Assembly (NCBI GenBank): GCA_947364395.1
Contig: CANASS010000001.1
Coordinates: forward strand, 42,051 to 106,050
DNA: 64,000 bases
From: an uncultured bacterium
Lineage (GTDB): Bacteria > Bacillota > Clostridia > Oscillospirales > Oscillospiraceae
Direction: 5' to 3'
The notes below the pieces were generated by a model. The model saw nothing but the letters and a program-made list of their open reading frames with translations, was not told the origin of the DNA and searched no databases. Below, in pieces: positions 41,766-50,457 of this stretch. The position numbers and the translations under genes were made by a program. Numbering within the stretch: the stretch's first letter is position 1; every line of letters starts with the position of its first letter.

Positions 41766-43295
41766 TCACACCTCCTTGGCGATCTTGGTGGCCAGCGTGT
41801 CGGCGTAGGTATAGTTGGGCCCAAAGCCGCAGGCGTTGACCCAGCCGCTGGCAAACTCCAGATTGGGGATCTTGCTCTCGGCTGGGAAGAAAAACACCGA
41901 CTGCATCAAGTCCTGCTCATAGCCGTAGATGGCGCCGCCGGGGTGGCCCAGATACCGCATATGGGTCAGCGGCGTGGCAATCTCCATCTCCTCAATGTGC
42001 TCCGTGATGCCAGGGTACATCTTTTCCAGCCGGGCCACGATCCGTTTCCCCGCCTCGTACTTCATCTCGTAATACTGGTCCGGGGGCAGCTTTTCCCACT
42101 CGCCGCTGTACTTCAGCGTACCCGCAGTGATGATGCTGGTGCCGGGCGGGGACACGCAGGGGTCGTCCACCGTATAGCAGGTGGCCACCAGGGGGTCGTT
42201 CTCCGGCAGCAGCTTATAGGCGTCCTGGAAGTCCCGGTTGGCGTCCAGACTCTCATAGTTCAGGGTGAAGGAGGTGGTAAACCCAATCTCCTCCGGCGGG
42301 CAGTCCAGGCCGATGAAGCAGGTCAAGGCGGATATACCCACCGTGTAGGGTTTCAGATACTCCCGGGCGGCCTCCGGCACCTCCTCCGAGGCCAGCAGGC
42401 TCCCGTAGGTGGCCAGCGGGGAGATGTTGGAGATGATGCGTTTGGCCCGGTACTCCTCCCCGTACTCGTCCACCACACCCACGGCCTTTCCGTTATCCAG
42501 GATGATCCGCTGGACGCCGCAGTTCAGCCTGACCACGCCGCCCATCCGCGTCACCGCCTCCATAATGGCCTGATTCATCATCATGGAAGTGCCCCGCAGG
42601 TAGTAGGGTTTGGTCTCCAGATAGAAAGTGGTGCACTTGGCCAGAATGGCGAAGGGGAACCGGGTGGGAGGCATGCCCATAAAGCACCAGTAGGCGCTCA
42701 GCGCCAGCTGAAGCTTGGGGTCGGTGAAGAACTCGTCCAGCACCTCCTGGGTGCTCTTCATGGCGTACTTGGCCAGCAGGGGGTACAGCCTGGGGAAGCC
42801 CGCCTTCATGACGGCTTTTTTCAACGCTCCTGGCTCGCCGGTGCTGGCGGCGCTCTTGGCCGCAAAGGCGGCGGCCTGATCACAGAAGCCGTAGACCACC
42901 TCAAAATACCTGCCGATGGCCTCCGCCTGGTGGGGGAATTCTCTGCACAGGTGGGCTTCGCAGCTTTTTCGGTCGGCAGGCAGGCTGATGCCGGTGCCAT
43001 CGGGGAAATTCACCCGGAACAGCTCCTTGATCCGAATCCACTCGATCTCGTCATAAATGCAGTAGCGCTTAAACTGCTCCATGAGGGGACCCGGATTTTC
43101 CTCCGTGCCCATGTGGGAGAGCTGGTGCAGGGCGATCTCAAACTCAAACCTGCCCCTGCGGAAGCTGGTGCCGCAGCCGCCGGGGATGTTGTGCCGCTCG
43201 AAGAGGATCACCCGCTTCCCTTTTTCCGCCAGGGTGGCGGCGGAGGCCAGTCCGCCGTTTCCAGCGCCGATCACAATCACGTCATAGTCTCTCAT
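41766..43295 (-). CDS. Phytoene desaturase (CrtI) / retinol saturase family flavoprotein
   Basis: GAGNGG Rossmann fold, PGGCGTSFRRGRFEFE, ATPLT..RY, GAIYG. Confidence 0.85.
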   Translation of the reverse strand: MRDYDVIVIGAGNGGLASAATLAEKGKRVILFERHNIPGGCGTSFRRGRFEFEIALHQLSHMGTEENPGPLMEQFKRYCIYDEIEWIRIKELFRVNFPDGTGISLPADRKSCEAHLCREFPHQAEAIGRYFEVVYGFCDQAAAFAAKSAASTGEPGALKKAVMKAGFPRLYPLLAKYAMKSTQEVLDEFFTDPKLQLALSAYWCFMGMPPTRFPFAILAKCTTFYLETKPYYLRGTSMMMNQAIMEAVTRMGGVVRLNCGVQRIILDNGKAVGVVDEYGEEYRAKRIISNISPLATYGSLLASEEVPEAAREYLKPYTVGISALTCFIGLDCPPEEIGFTTSFTLNYESLDANRDFQDAYKLLPENDPLVATCYTVDDPCVSPPGTSIITAGTLKYSGEWEKLPPDQYYEMKYEAGKRIVARLEKMYPGITEHIEEMEIATPLTHMRYLGHPGGAIYGYEQDLMQSVFFFPAESKIPNLEFASGWVNACGFGPNYTYADTLATKIAKEV

Positions 43296-43305
43296 ATGTC
43301 ACTCC

Positions 43306-44166
43306 TTATTTTCCAGGGGCGGCCAAGGGGGCGAATTCAAAGGTGATCCCGCCGTTCTGCATCATCAGCACGATGCAGGCGGCAATCAGCGCCACATTGA
43401 CGACCATGCAGACGATTTGAACGTTTCTCCCCTTGGTCCAGGTCACGAACCTGTCAAATTTTTCGTGGTAGAACTCCTGCTCAAACCAGTCCTTCGCGCC
43501 GATCTGAAGCCAGCCGCCGATGGACAGGGAGTTCGCCCGCAGCAGCAGCCACATGCCGATGCCGCCGTAAGCGCCCAGGCCCAGGGTGCACAGGGAACCG
43601 ATCAGGGGTGCGCCCAGGAATCCCACGTGCATCAGCGCCACAGAGGAGGAGAACTCATTGGTCACAAAAATCCAGTTCCACAGGGTGTAGGCTAAGGCGT
43701 ACATGATGGTGATGGCGGGCAGCGCACCTCGAGCCAGATAGTAATCCCCGAAGGGAGCGTCAAACTGCCACAGGCCCCGCAGGGTGATTACCCCCAGCGC
43801 CAACGCGAAGCCGGACACCGCGTTAAAATACTTTTTATAGCGCAAGAGGTCCGTAAAGGTGGCCTCCAGGATGTTCACGATCAGCATCAGCATGATGCAG
43901 TCCACATAGACCTGGGGATTGAACACCCGAAGGGCCGCCAGCACAATGAGGATGCGCATAGTCAGCAGCGTGGTGAGCTTCAGCCGCTCAAAAAAGACAG
44001 GTTTGCAGAAAATCAGCACCAGGATCGACGGGATCACAATCAGCGGAACGTTGCCTTGAACGGGATAGAAGGCGGCGAGGATGGCCATGCCGGTGATGGC
44101 CGCGGTGAACATGATCCACTTAAACAGCACCTCGACGCTGCTGTTTTTCAGCTGTTTGGTCTCCAT
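43306..44166 (-). CDS. Multi-pass membrane protein, divergent DUF5692-like
   Basis: VNILEA, NAVSG, AYTLWNW, RANSL mirror the motifs of 39648-40577. Confidence 0.7.
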   Translation of the reverse strand: METKQLKNSSVEVLFKWIMFTAAITGMAILAAFYPVQGNVPLIVIPSILVLIFCKPVFFERLKLTTLLTMRILIVLAALRVFNPQVYVDCIMLMLIVNILEATFTDLLRYKKYFNAVSGFALALGVITLRGLWQFDAPFGDYYLARGALPAITIMYALAYTLWNWIFVTNEFSSSVALMHVGFLGAPLIGSLCTLGLGAYGGIGMWLLLRANSLSIGGWLQIGAKDWFEQEFYHEKFDRFVTWTKGRNVQIVCMVVNVALIAACIVLMMQNGGITFEFAPLAAPGK

Positions 44167-44195
44167 AGTTTTTCCTCCCATAATTTTCCCCTTTC

Positions 44196-44537
44196 TCAAC
44201 ATCCGACAATTTCCTTAATCATCAGCTCCGTGCCGCCGCAGGCCGTCAGCTCCTCTCCCCCGCAGTCCAGGCATTTCAGATCCTCAGCCACCGCGTTGAA
44301 CTGCCTGCCGCAGCGCTCGCATCTGGCGATGCCCGGAATGATCTCCAGCTCCAGTTCAGTGTCCTCCATAAAGGTTTTGTACACCGCCGCTGGGTAGCAG
44401 GATTCCAGATAGGCGGGCACCACGCCGGACAGCTCCCCCACCTGCAAGACAATCTTCTCCACCCGCTCCAGCCGCTCCTCCTGGGCGATGCCCTCAATGG
44501 TCTTCACCATGGCGCTGAGCAGTCCCAGCTCGTGCAT
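44196..44537 (-). CDS. hypA: Nickel metallochaperone HypA
   Basis: MHE N-terminus, VGELSGV, two CxxC motifs (CERC, CLDC). Confidence 0.92.
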   Translation of the reverse strand: MHELGLLSAMVKTIEGIAQEERLERVEKIVLQVGELSGVVPAYLESCYPAAVYKTFMEDTELELEIIPGIARCERCGRQFNAVAEDLKCLDCGGEELTACGGTELMIKEIVGC

Positions 44538-44539
44538 TG

Positions 44540-47215
44540 TCACCCTCCTTTCTTGATGGCAGCAGCGGCAATTTTTCCAGTGCGCTTCACTGCGTATTTG
44601 GCCACAGCAATGGGAAGCTTTTCAAACACAGGGGCAAATTCGTTGTACTTCCGCTTCAGGCTGATGGCGTCAAATTTACACTTGGTGGTGCACTGGCCGC
44701 AGCCCACGCACATGTACTCGTCCACCTGCACCGCGCCACAGCCCAGGCAGCGCTGCGTCTCCTTCTTCAGCTGTTCTTCTGTGAAGGTGAGCCGGGGATC
44801 GCCGAATGTGCCGCCCTTCCAGTCGGAATGTCCCGCTTTCTGCCGGGGCGTCCGGTCGAAGCTCTCCAGCACCACGTTGTCCTTGTCAAAGCTGTGGTAC
44901 TGGCGGCGGTCCCGGCCATAGGTCAGGCTCTGGCCTGGCTGAACGAATCGGTGGATGGAGATGGCCGCTTCCTTGCCCGCCGCAATGGCGTCGATGGCGA
45001 ACTTGGGGCCGGTGTACACGTCGCCCCCCGCGAAAATATCCGGCTCGGCGGTCTGATAGGTGAAAGAATCGGCTTCCACCGTGCCGTTGGGCCGAGTGAC
45101 CACGGCAGTGCCCTCCAACAGGCTCCCCCACTGGACGCTCTGACCCACGCTGAGCAGCACGTGGTCCGCCTCCACAGTGATGGTGTCGTTTTCGTCGAAC
45201 TGGGGGGCGAAGCGGTGGTCCCCATCAAAGACCCGGACGCACTTTTTGAACACCACGCCCACAGCCTTGCCGTCCCTCACCAATATCTCTTTGGGGCCGT
45301 ACCCGTTGTGAATGGCGATGTGCTCCTGCTCCGCCTCATGGATCTCCTCGGGCAGGGCAGGCATCTCCTCCCGCCCCTCCAGACAGTACATGTCCACCTG
45401 AGCGCTGTCCGTCCGAACGGCGGCCCTGGCCACGTCGATGGCCACGTTGCCCCCACCGATCACCACAGTCTTCCCCGCCATAGGCGGGACGGCGCCCAAA
45501 TTGATGCCGCGCAGGAACTCCACGCCGGCGGTCACACCCTGGGCGTTCTCTCCCGGGACGTTCAGCTTTCGGCCGCCCTGGGCCCCGATGGCCAGGTAAA
45601 AGGCCTTGAAGCCCTGTTCCCGCAGCGCCTGGATAGTCACGTCCTTCCCCACCTCGACGCCGGTGCGGAACTGGACCCCCAACTGGGAGAGCACCTGGAT
45701 CTCCGCCTCCACCACGTCTTTCTCCAGCCGGAAAGCGGGAATCCCCATGGTCAGCATGCCGCCGGTCTTCGCCAACTTTTCAAACACCGTCACCCGGTAG
45801 CCGTCCAGCGCCAGGTAGTAGGCGCAGGACAGGCCCGCCGGACCGCCCCCAATCACCGCCACCATTTTCTGATAGTCGTGGCGTTTCTTTGGGATAAACC
45901 GGCTCTTTTCGTTCAGATCCTGGTCGGCGATAAACTTTTTGATCTCGTCGATGGCGATGGGCTCGTCCACATCCCCCCGGGTACAGGCGGACTCACAGCT
46001 CCTGGGGCAGATCCGGCCGCACACCGCCGGGAAGGGATTCTCTTTTTTGATGAGCTCCAACGCCTCGGTATATTTACCCTGGGCGGCCAGCTTGATATAG
46101 CCCTGCACCGCAATATGGGCGGGACAAGCGGTCTTGCAGGGGGCGGTGCCGCTCTCCGCCACATCCACCCGGTTTTCCCGGTAATCTACGTTCCAGTGCT
46201 TCTCCCCCCAGACGTGATCCCGGACCTTTCGGTAAGGCTTTTCCGGCACGGGCTCCTTGGCGCACAGCTTCTGGCCCAGCCGCAGGGCGTTGGTGGGGCA
46301 GTTTTCCACGCACTGACCGCAGGCCACGCACTTTTCCGTGTCCACCTGGGACACGTAGTTGGAGCGGATGGCGTCCGGGGAGCGGAACATGGTGGCCACC
46401 CGCATGGCAAAGCAGGAGCAGGAGCAGCAGTTGCAGATGGCGGCGGACTCCCCCAACCCCTCGATGTTGGGGATCTGGTGCATCAGGCCGTTTTCCTCCG
46501 CCTTTCGCAGAATCTCTTCCGCCTCCTGGCGGGTGATCTGCCGGGCCCGGCCGGTGCGGATGTAATATTCGGCGCCGGTGCCCATCTGAATACACATCTC
46601 GTGCTCAAGGTGCCCGCAGCCCTGGCCCAGTACCCGCCGGGACTTCCGGCAGGAGCAGTCAGACACGGAAAAGGTGTCGTACTTGTCCAGATAGTAGGAC
46701 AGCCGCTCATAGGGAACGCTCTGGGTGTCGGCGGAGATGGCGGTTTCAATGGGAATCACCCGCATCATGCCGGTGCCCATGGGCAGGTTGGGAGCAATGC
46801 TGGCAATCCGCAGACGGGTGTACTCCTCAAAGGCCCTGCCGATCTGAGGGTGGGCCTTCACCTGCTCGTCGTTGTTCACCATCATCTCCAGGATGCCCGG
46901 CGCGAAGATCTGGACCAGAAACACCTCCTGGCCCTCCTCGTTGTGGTACACCTTGCACACGCCGATCTGTGCCAGCTCCATCAGGATTTTCTGGGTCTCC
47001 TCCAGGGACTTGCCGCATTTTTCCGCCACATACCGCGCCGTCCGCTCCTTGCGCAGTCCCAGCTGCAACGCCACATCCGCCTGCTCGTCGGAGACCACGC
47101 ACTCCAGCGCATAGTATTCCGGGGCGTTCTCGTCGATGTGGTTCACCATGCCGGTGAGGCCGCCCACCATTTTGGCGAGCTTCACGATCTTAGGTCTCAA
47201 AGCCATCCCGCTCAT
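44540..47215 (-). CDS. Multidomain Fe-S flavoprotein (Cys-rich N-domain, 4Fe-4S ferredoxins, GltD/NfnB-like FAD/NAD core), IsrA-like
   Basis: CSCR..C..C..CNCCSCSC, CVACGQCVENCP, CKTACP, CGRICPRSCESAC, GGGPAG, GGGNVAID, CVGCGQCTTKC. Confidence 0.85.
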   Translation of the reverse strand: MSGMALRPKIVKLAKMVGGLTGMVNHIDENAPEYYALECVVSDEQADVALQLGLRKERTARYVAEKCGKSLEETQKILMELAQIGVCKVYHNEEGQEVFLVQIFAPGILEMMVNNDEQVKAHPQIGRAFEEYTRLRIASIAPNLPMGTGMMRVIPIETAISADTQSVPYERLSYYLDKYDTFSVSDCSCRKSRRVLGQGCGHLEHEMCIQMGTGAEYYIRTGRARQITRQEAEEILRKAEENGLMHQIPNIEGLGESAAICNCCSCSCFAMRVATMFRSPDAIRSNYVSQVDTEKCVACGQCVENCPTNALRLGQKLCAKEPVPEKPYRKVRDHVWGEKHWNVDYRENRVDVAESGTAPCKTACPAHIAVQGYIKLAAQGKYTEALELIKKENPFPAVCGRICPRSCESACTRGDVDEPIAIDEIKKFIADQDLNEKSRFIPKKRHDYQKMVAVIGGGPAGLSCAYYLALDGYRVTVFEKLAKTGGMLTMGIPAFRLEKDVVEAEIQVLSQLGVQFRTGVEVGKDVTIQALREQGFKAFYLAIGAQGGRKLNVPGENAQGVTAGVEFLRGINLGAVPPMAGKTVVIGGGNVAIDVARAAVRTDSAQVDMYCLEGREEMPALPEEIHEAEQEHIAIHNGYGPKEILVRDGKAVGVVFKKCVRVFDGDHRFAPQFDENDTITVEADHVLLSVGQSVQWGSLLEGTAVVTRPNGTVEADSFTYQTAEPDIFAGGDVYTGPKFAIDAIAAGKEAAISIHRFVQPGQSLTYGRDRRQYHSFDKDNVVLESFDRTPRQKAGHSDWKGGTFGDPRLTFTEEQLKKETQRCLGCGAVQVDEYMCVGCGQCTTKCKFDAISLKRKYNEFAPVFEKLPIAVAKYAVKRTGKIAAAAIKKGG

Positions 47216-47239
47216 CCTTTCTTCCGCCTGATTTTGAAA

Positions 47240-47893
47240 TTACTGTTTTCGGTAAACCCCCTCCATCATCGCGCAAAACTGCTCCAGCCGGACCCTGGCA
47301 CTCTCATCGCCGCCGGCGTCGTTCCGCCCGCCAATGGCCAGTTTCTGGATCAATCCAAGCAGGGCGTCGTAGGTGTTGTAGTAGAGGCTGGCCATATCAA
47401 TGTCCCTGCGGACGCTGCCGTCCTCCAGCCCTCTGTGGATGGCGGCGGACAGCGGCCCCACGCAGGCCTCAAAGGCAGCCGGTGGCTTGTTCTCCACCAG
47501 CAGCGCCTTGCCGCACCTGTTCAAATAGGCCTCGGCCTCATGGACAAACACAAGCATCTGCCGGTGGGTGAAGTACAATTGCGCGTACCCCCGCAGAATC
47601 CGGCTGATCCGCTCCACTCCGCACATATCCTGGGTCAGGTCTTTCTGGGCCTGGGCGTCCACCTGCCCCATGGCCTGGGACCAGAACAGCAGCGCCGTCT
47701 CCAGCACCAGATCCGCCTTGGTGGCAAAGTAGCGGTATACGCTGCGCTCCGTCAGTCCGGCCCGCCGGGCGATCTCCGACACCTTCGCCGCCTCAATCCC
47801 CTGCTCCACAAAGCATTGCAGGGCCTGAGCGATCACCCGTTCTTTGTTTGTCTCTCTTCTGGAGCGCTTTTGGGCGACTGAACGATCCGCCAT
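47240..47893 (-). CDS. TetR/AcrR family transcriptional regulator
   Basis: N-terminal HTH IARRAGLTERSVYRYFATK. Confidence 0.92.
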   Translation of the reverse strand: MADRSVAQKRSRRETNKERVIAQALQCFVEQGIEAAKVSEIARRAGLTERSVYRYFATKADLVLETALLFWSQAMGQVDAQAQKDLTQDMCGVERISRILRGYAQLYFTHRQMLVFVHEAEAYLNRCGKALLVENKPPAAFEACVGPLSAAIHRGLEDGSVRRDIDMASLYYNTYDALLGLIQKLAIGGRNDAGGDESARVRLEQFCAMMEGVYRKQ

Positions 47894-47912
47894 GCTAATG
47901 ACCTCCACGCAA

Positions 47913-47966
47913 AATTGTCAGTTGAACTGACAATTATAGTATACAGTATTTATTTTCCAAATACAA
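47913..47966 (-). promoter_or_regulatory. Promoter TTGTAT-17-TATACT plus palindromic candidate TetR operator AATTGTCAGTT-G-AACTGACAATT (47913-47935)
   Basis: Perfect 11-bp inverted repeat over the predicted +1. Confidence 0.75.
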
Positions 47967-48107
47967 CACCTTTTACAAATTTCTGCGATTGTTACAGTAA
48001 AACTTACGCAATATTGTCTAATTCGACGGGGCAAGAACAGACCGCGCGCCGTTTTACGCAGCGCCGGAACTCCAGCCCATGGGTTTCTAACATATCATCA
48101 AAATAGA

Positions 48108-48142
48108 AAAGACAGCCGTTTCCATATGAAACAGCTGTCTTT
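48108..48142 (-). terminator. Terminator of the ECF operon
   Basis: AAAGACAGCCGTTTC-CATAT-GAAACAGCTGTCTTT. Confidence 0.7.
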
Positions 48143-48191
48143 ACGGCTTCAAAGGTCAAATTCAAGCGGTAATGCGCTGGCTGGGCCGGTT

Positions 48192-49685
48192 TTACGTCAG
48201 CGTGTTCTCCACCAGCTCCCACACCTGCTGGGCGGTCATGCCGTCGCAGGAGTAGCTGACCACCACGCCGTTGGAATGTAGGACATTAAAGTGGAAGCTT
48301 ATCCCTCCGGTGTCGTGGGGAACCTCCCGGGCCATTACTGCGTCCAGGGTCAGGTCCTCCGCCCGGAAAGTGACGCTGTAAAAGCCGCTCTGATATTCAG
48401 CCGGAACGCTGTCGCACCAGGGACTCTCATAGAGGCGGGTATCATAGCTCTCGGGTACGTTGATATCCACCGTCTCACGGCTGACGCCACCCCCCTCGGG
48501 AAAGCTCACGTCAATTTCCACTGTGTCGTATTCCCGGCTCCAGCGGACAAACAGCATATTTTGGACTCCCTCCTGATAGCTGAGGCGGCCAAAGAATTCC
48601 TTGTTCCCGGTGTAATCGCCGTAGCCCTCCGGCTCCGATACAGGCAGGTAGGGGGCAAACTCGGACTCCAGCCGGGCCTGCTCCAGGGTGTCAAAGGTGA
48701 CATCGCGCCATGCGGGAATGTGACCAGCAGTCATCAGGTGATCCAAATGCAAGCCGCCGGTCAGAGCCTGACGGACAAAGAGGGCGTTAAAGGTACAGCT
48801 CCCGCCCAGATTCATATCTGAACCGCCGCCATATTCCGCTTCCATGGAGCTGTTCTGATTTTTAAAGCGGACGCCGATGTGGTTTTCCATCATAAATTCG
48901 CTGCCGCAGATATAGTCGGTCAAGCCATCGCCGTCCCGGTCGTAGACCTTGCTCCAGCCGGTGATCTCCACGCCGTTAAACTGGCTGATTTCGTCCCCGC
49001 GGTCTGGTTCTGCCAGACAGGTAAAAGGGAGCGCACCTAAGCGCAGCTCCAGAGAGAAGCTGGCGCGGTCCTTCTCACCCCAGATAGACAGTTCAGTGAA
49101 CTGGCCTTGGCCGTCATACCAAGCGATGCCGTGGACGGTATAGCCGTCCCAGAAAAGGGTCCAGGGCAGGTCACCCTGTTCTATTTTGGGGTGCTCCGCC
49201 TCCGGCTTACCCTCGGGCCCCCAGAAAATGTCCTGGATATCCTCTTTAGTCAACTCCACCGTAAAGGCGCCGGGGGCAAAGGCCCGGGAGGCCGCCAGTT
49301 CAGGGATGTTGTCCACATCCTGATAAACAATCGCAGGCACCATAGGAAACGTCAGCTTATCGCTCTCAGCCCAACTGCGCACCACAAAGCCATCGGAAGG
49401 CTCCACCGGCTGGGCTTCATCAGGCTGAAGCCCAGCCATCCCCTCGGTCTGGACGGGCGTGGACGTGGCTGCGTCTGCCACAGGGTCAGTCTCCGGCCCC
49501 GGCGCGGAGCCGGGAGCCAGCCTCCACGCCCCAATGCCCGCGATCAGAACGGCACAGGCCGCCAGCGCCCCATATTTCGCCCAAGGGCGGCGGACCGCCT
49601 TGGATGGAACATCCAGGCTTATCAGCCTATCATGGGCTGCGGCGGACATTTCCTGCCGCTCCATGTAAGAACGGTAATTTTTCAT
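48192..49685 (-). CDS. Putative anti-sigma factor (single TM, large extracellular domain)
   Basis: Overlaps the ECF sigma stop (ATGA); TM segment ALAACAVLIAGIGAW. Confidence 0.7.
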   Translation of the reverse strand: MKNYRSYMERQEMSAAAHDRLISLDVPSKAVRRPWAKYGALAACAVLIAGIGAWRLAPGSAPGPETDPVADAATSTPVQTEGMAGLQPDEAQPVEPSDGFVVRSWAESDKLTFPMVPAIVYQDVDNIPELAASRAFAPGAFTVELTKEDIQDIFWGPEGKPEAEHPKIEQGDLPWTLFWDGYTVHGIAWYDGQGQFTELSIWGEKDRASFSLELRLGALPFTCLAEPDRGDEISQFNGVEITGWSKVYDRDGDGLTDYICGSEFMMENHIGVRFKNQNSSMEAEYGGGSDMNLGGSCTFNALFVRQALTGGLHLDHLMTAGHIPAWRDVTFDTLEQARLESEFAPYLPVSEPEGYGDYTGNKEFFGRLSYQEGVQNMLFVRWSREYDTVEIDVSFPEGGGVSRETVDINVPESYDTRLYESPWCDSVPAEYQSGFYSVTFRAEDLTLDAVMAREVPHDTGGISFHFNVLHSNGVVVSYSCDGMTAQQVWELVENTLT

Positions 49686-50167
49686 GATAATCCTCCTTGC
49701 AATTCTTGCTCCAGCAGCTTCCGCAGCTTCTCCCTGGCGCGGGAGAGTCGGGAGCGCACCGATCCCGGCCTCTGGCCCAGCATTTGGGCAATCTCATCGG
49801 TGGACCAGCCCTCATAATAGTGCAGGTGAATCACCGCCCGGTCCTCCGGCGGAAGGGAGAACAGCTCCTCCAATTCCTCCCGCTCTTCTGGGCCAGGTGT
49901 AGCCAGCGTGTCCGGCAGCGGGCCCACCCTCCGCCAGGCCAGGCGCAGGCGGCTTTTACAGCCGTTCACCAGCACCCGCGTCAGCCATGCGCCGGGATTT
50001 TCCAAGTTTTCGGGCCTGCGCTCCAGGAAACGGACAAACGCGTCTTGGACAGCGTCCTCCGCCTCCTGAGGGTCCCCTAAAATAGCCAAAGCCGCCCGGT
50101 ACAAGCGGTTCTCATTCTGCGTGACAAGCGTTTCCCAATCCACCGGCCGGTTGGATTTCTGGGACAT
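49682..50167 (-). CDS. ECF-type RNA polymerase sigma factor
   Basis: AEDAVQDAF (region 2), SVRSRLSRAR (region 4). Confidence 0.92.
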   Translation of the reverse strand: MSQKSNRPVDWETLVTQNENRLYRAALAILGDPQEAEDAVQDAFVRFLERRPENLENPGAWLTRVLVNGCKSRLRLAWRRVGPLPDTLATPGPEEREELEELFSLPPEDRAVIHLHYYEGWSTDEIAQMLGQRPGSVRSRLSRAREKLRKLLEQELQGGLS

Positions 50168-50457
50168 ACGGACCACCCCCCTTCACCTATACTGACGCAT
50201 CAGCGGGGCAGATTGTTGCATGGAGATGAAAATTTATGAAAATTGATTTATTCAAAAAAGCAAAGGGAAGCGGCCGTTTCTCATCGAAATGGCCGCTTCC
50301 CACGGAATATTTTTCCAATTTCCTTGGAATACACCAAGTATTCCTGCGTCGAATCGGCTTCGTCTGGTGAAAAATCTCTCATCGCTGGGCATATTTCCAA
50401 TTTTCAAACAGCGCCTAACTTACTCTGACCCCAGCAGAACTTGTTTTAAGGGGCAAC

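Noticed and set aside
41766..43295. Carotenoid biosynthesis cluster
   Set aside because: No phytoene synthase or GGPP synthase nearby. dxr, ispG and uppS sit in their normal housekeeping context.
44540..47215. Calling the large oxidoreductase gltD, nfnB or a hydrogenase
   Set aside because: No gltB/nfnA partner, extra domains present, and no H-cluster or NiFe large-subunit motifs.
44537..47881. 1114-aa plus-strand ORF and other long antisense ORFs (5397-6722, 6970-8241, 24397-25800, 25876-27513, 39678-41549, 41622-43346, 61219-62568)
   Set aside because: They shadow well-supported minus-strand genes, as expected from high GC3 codon bias, and show no recognisable motifs.
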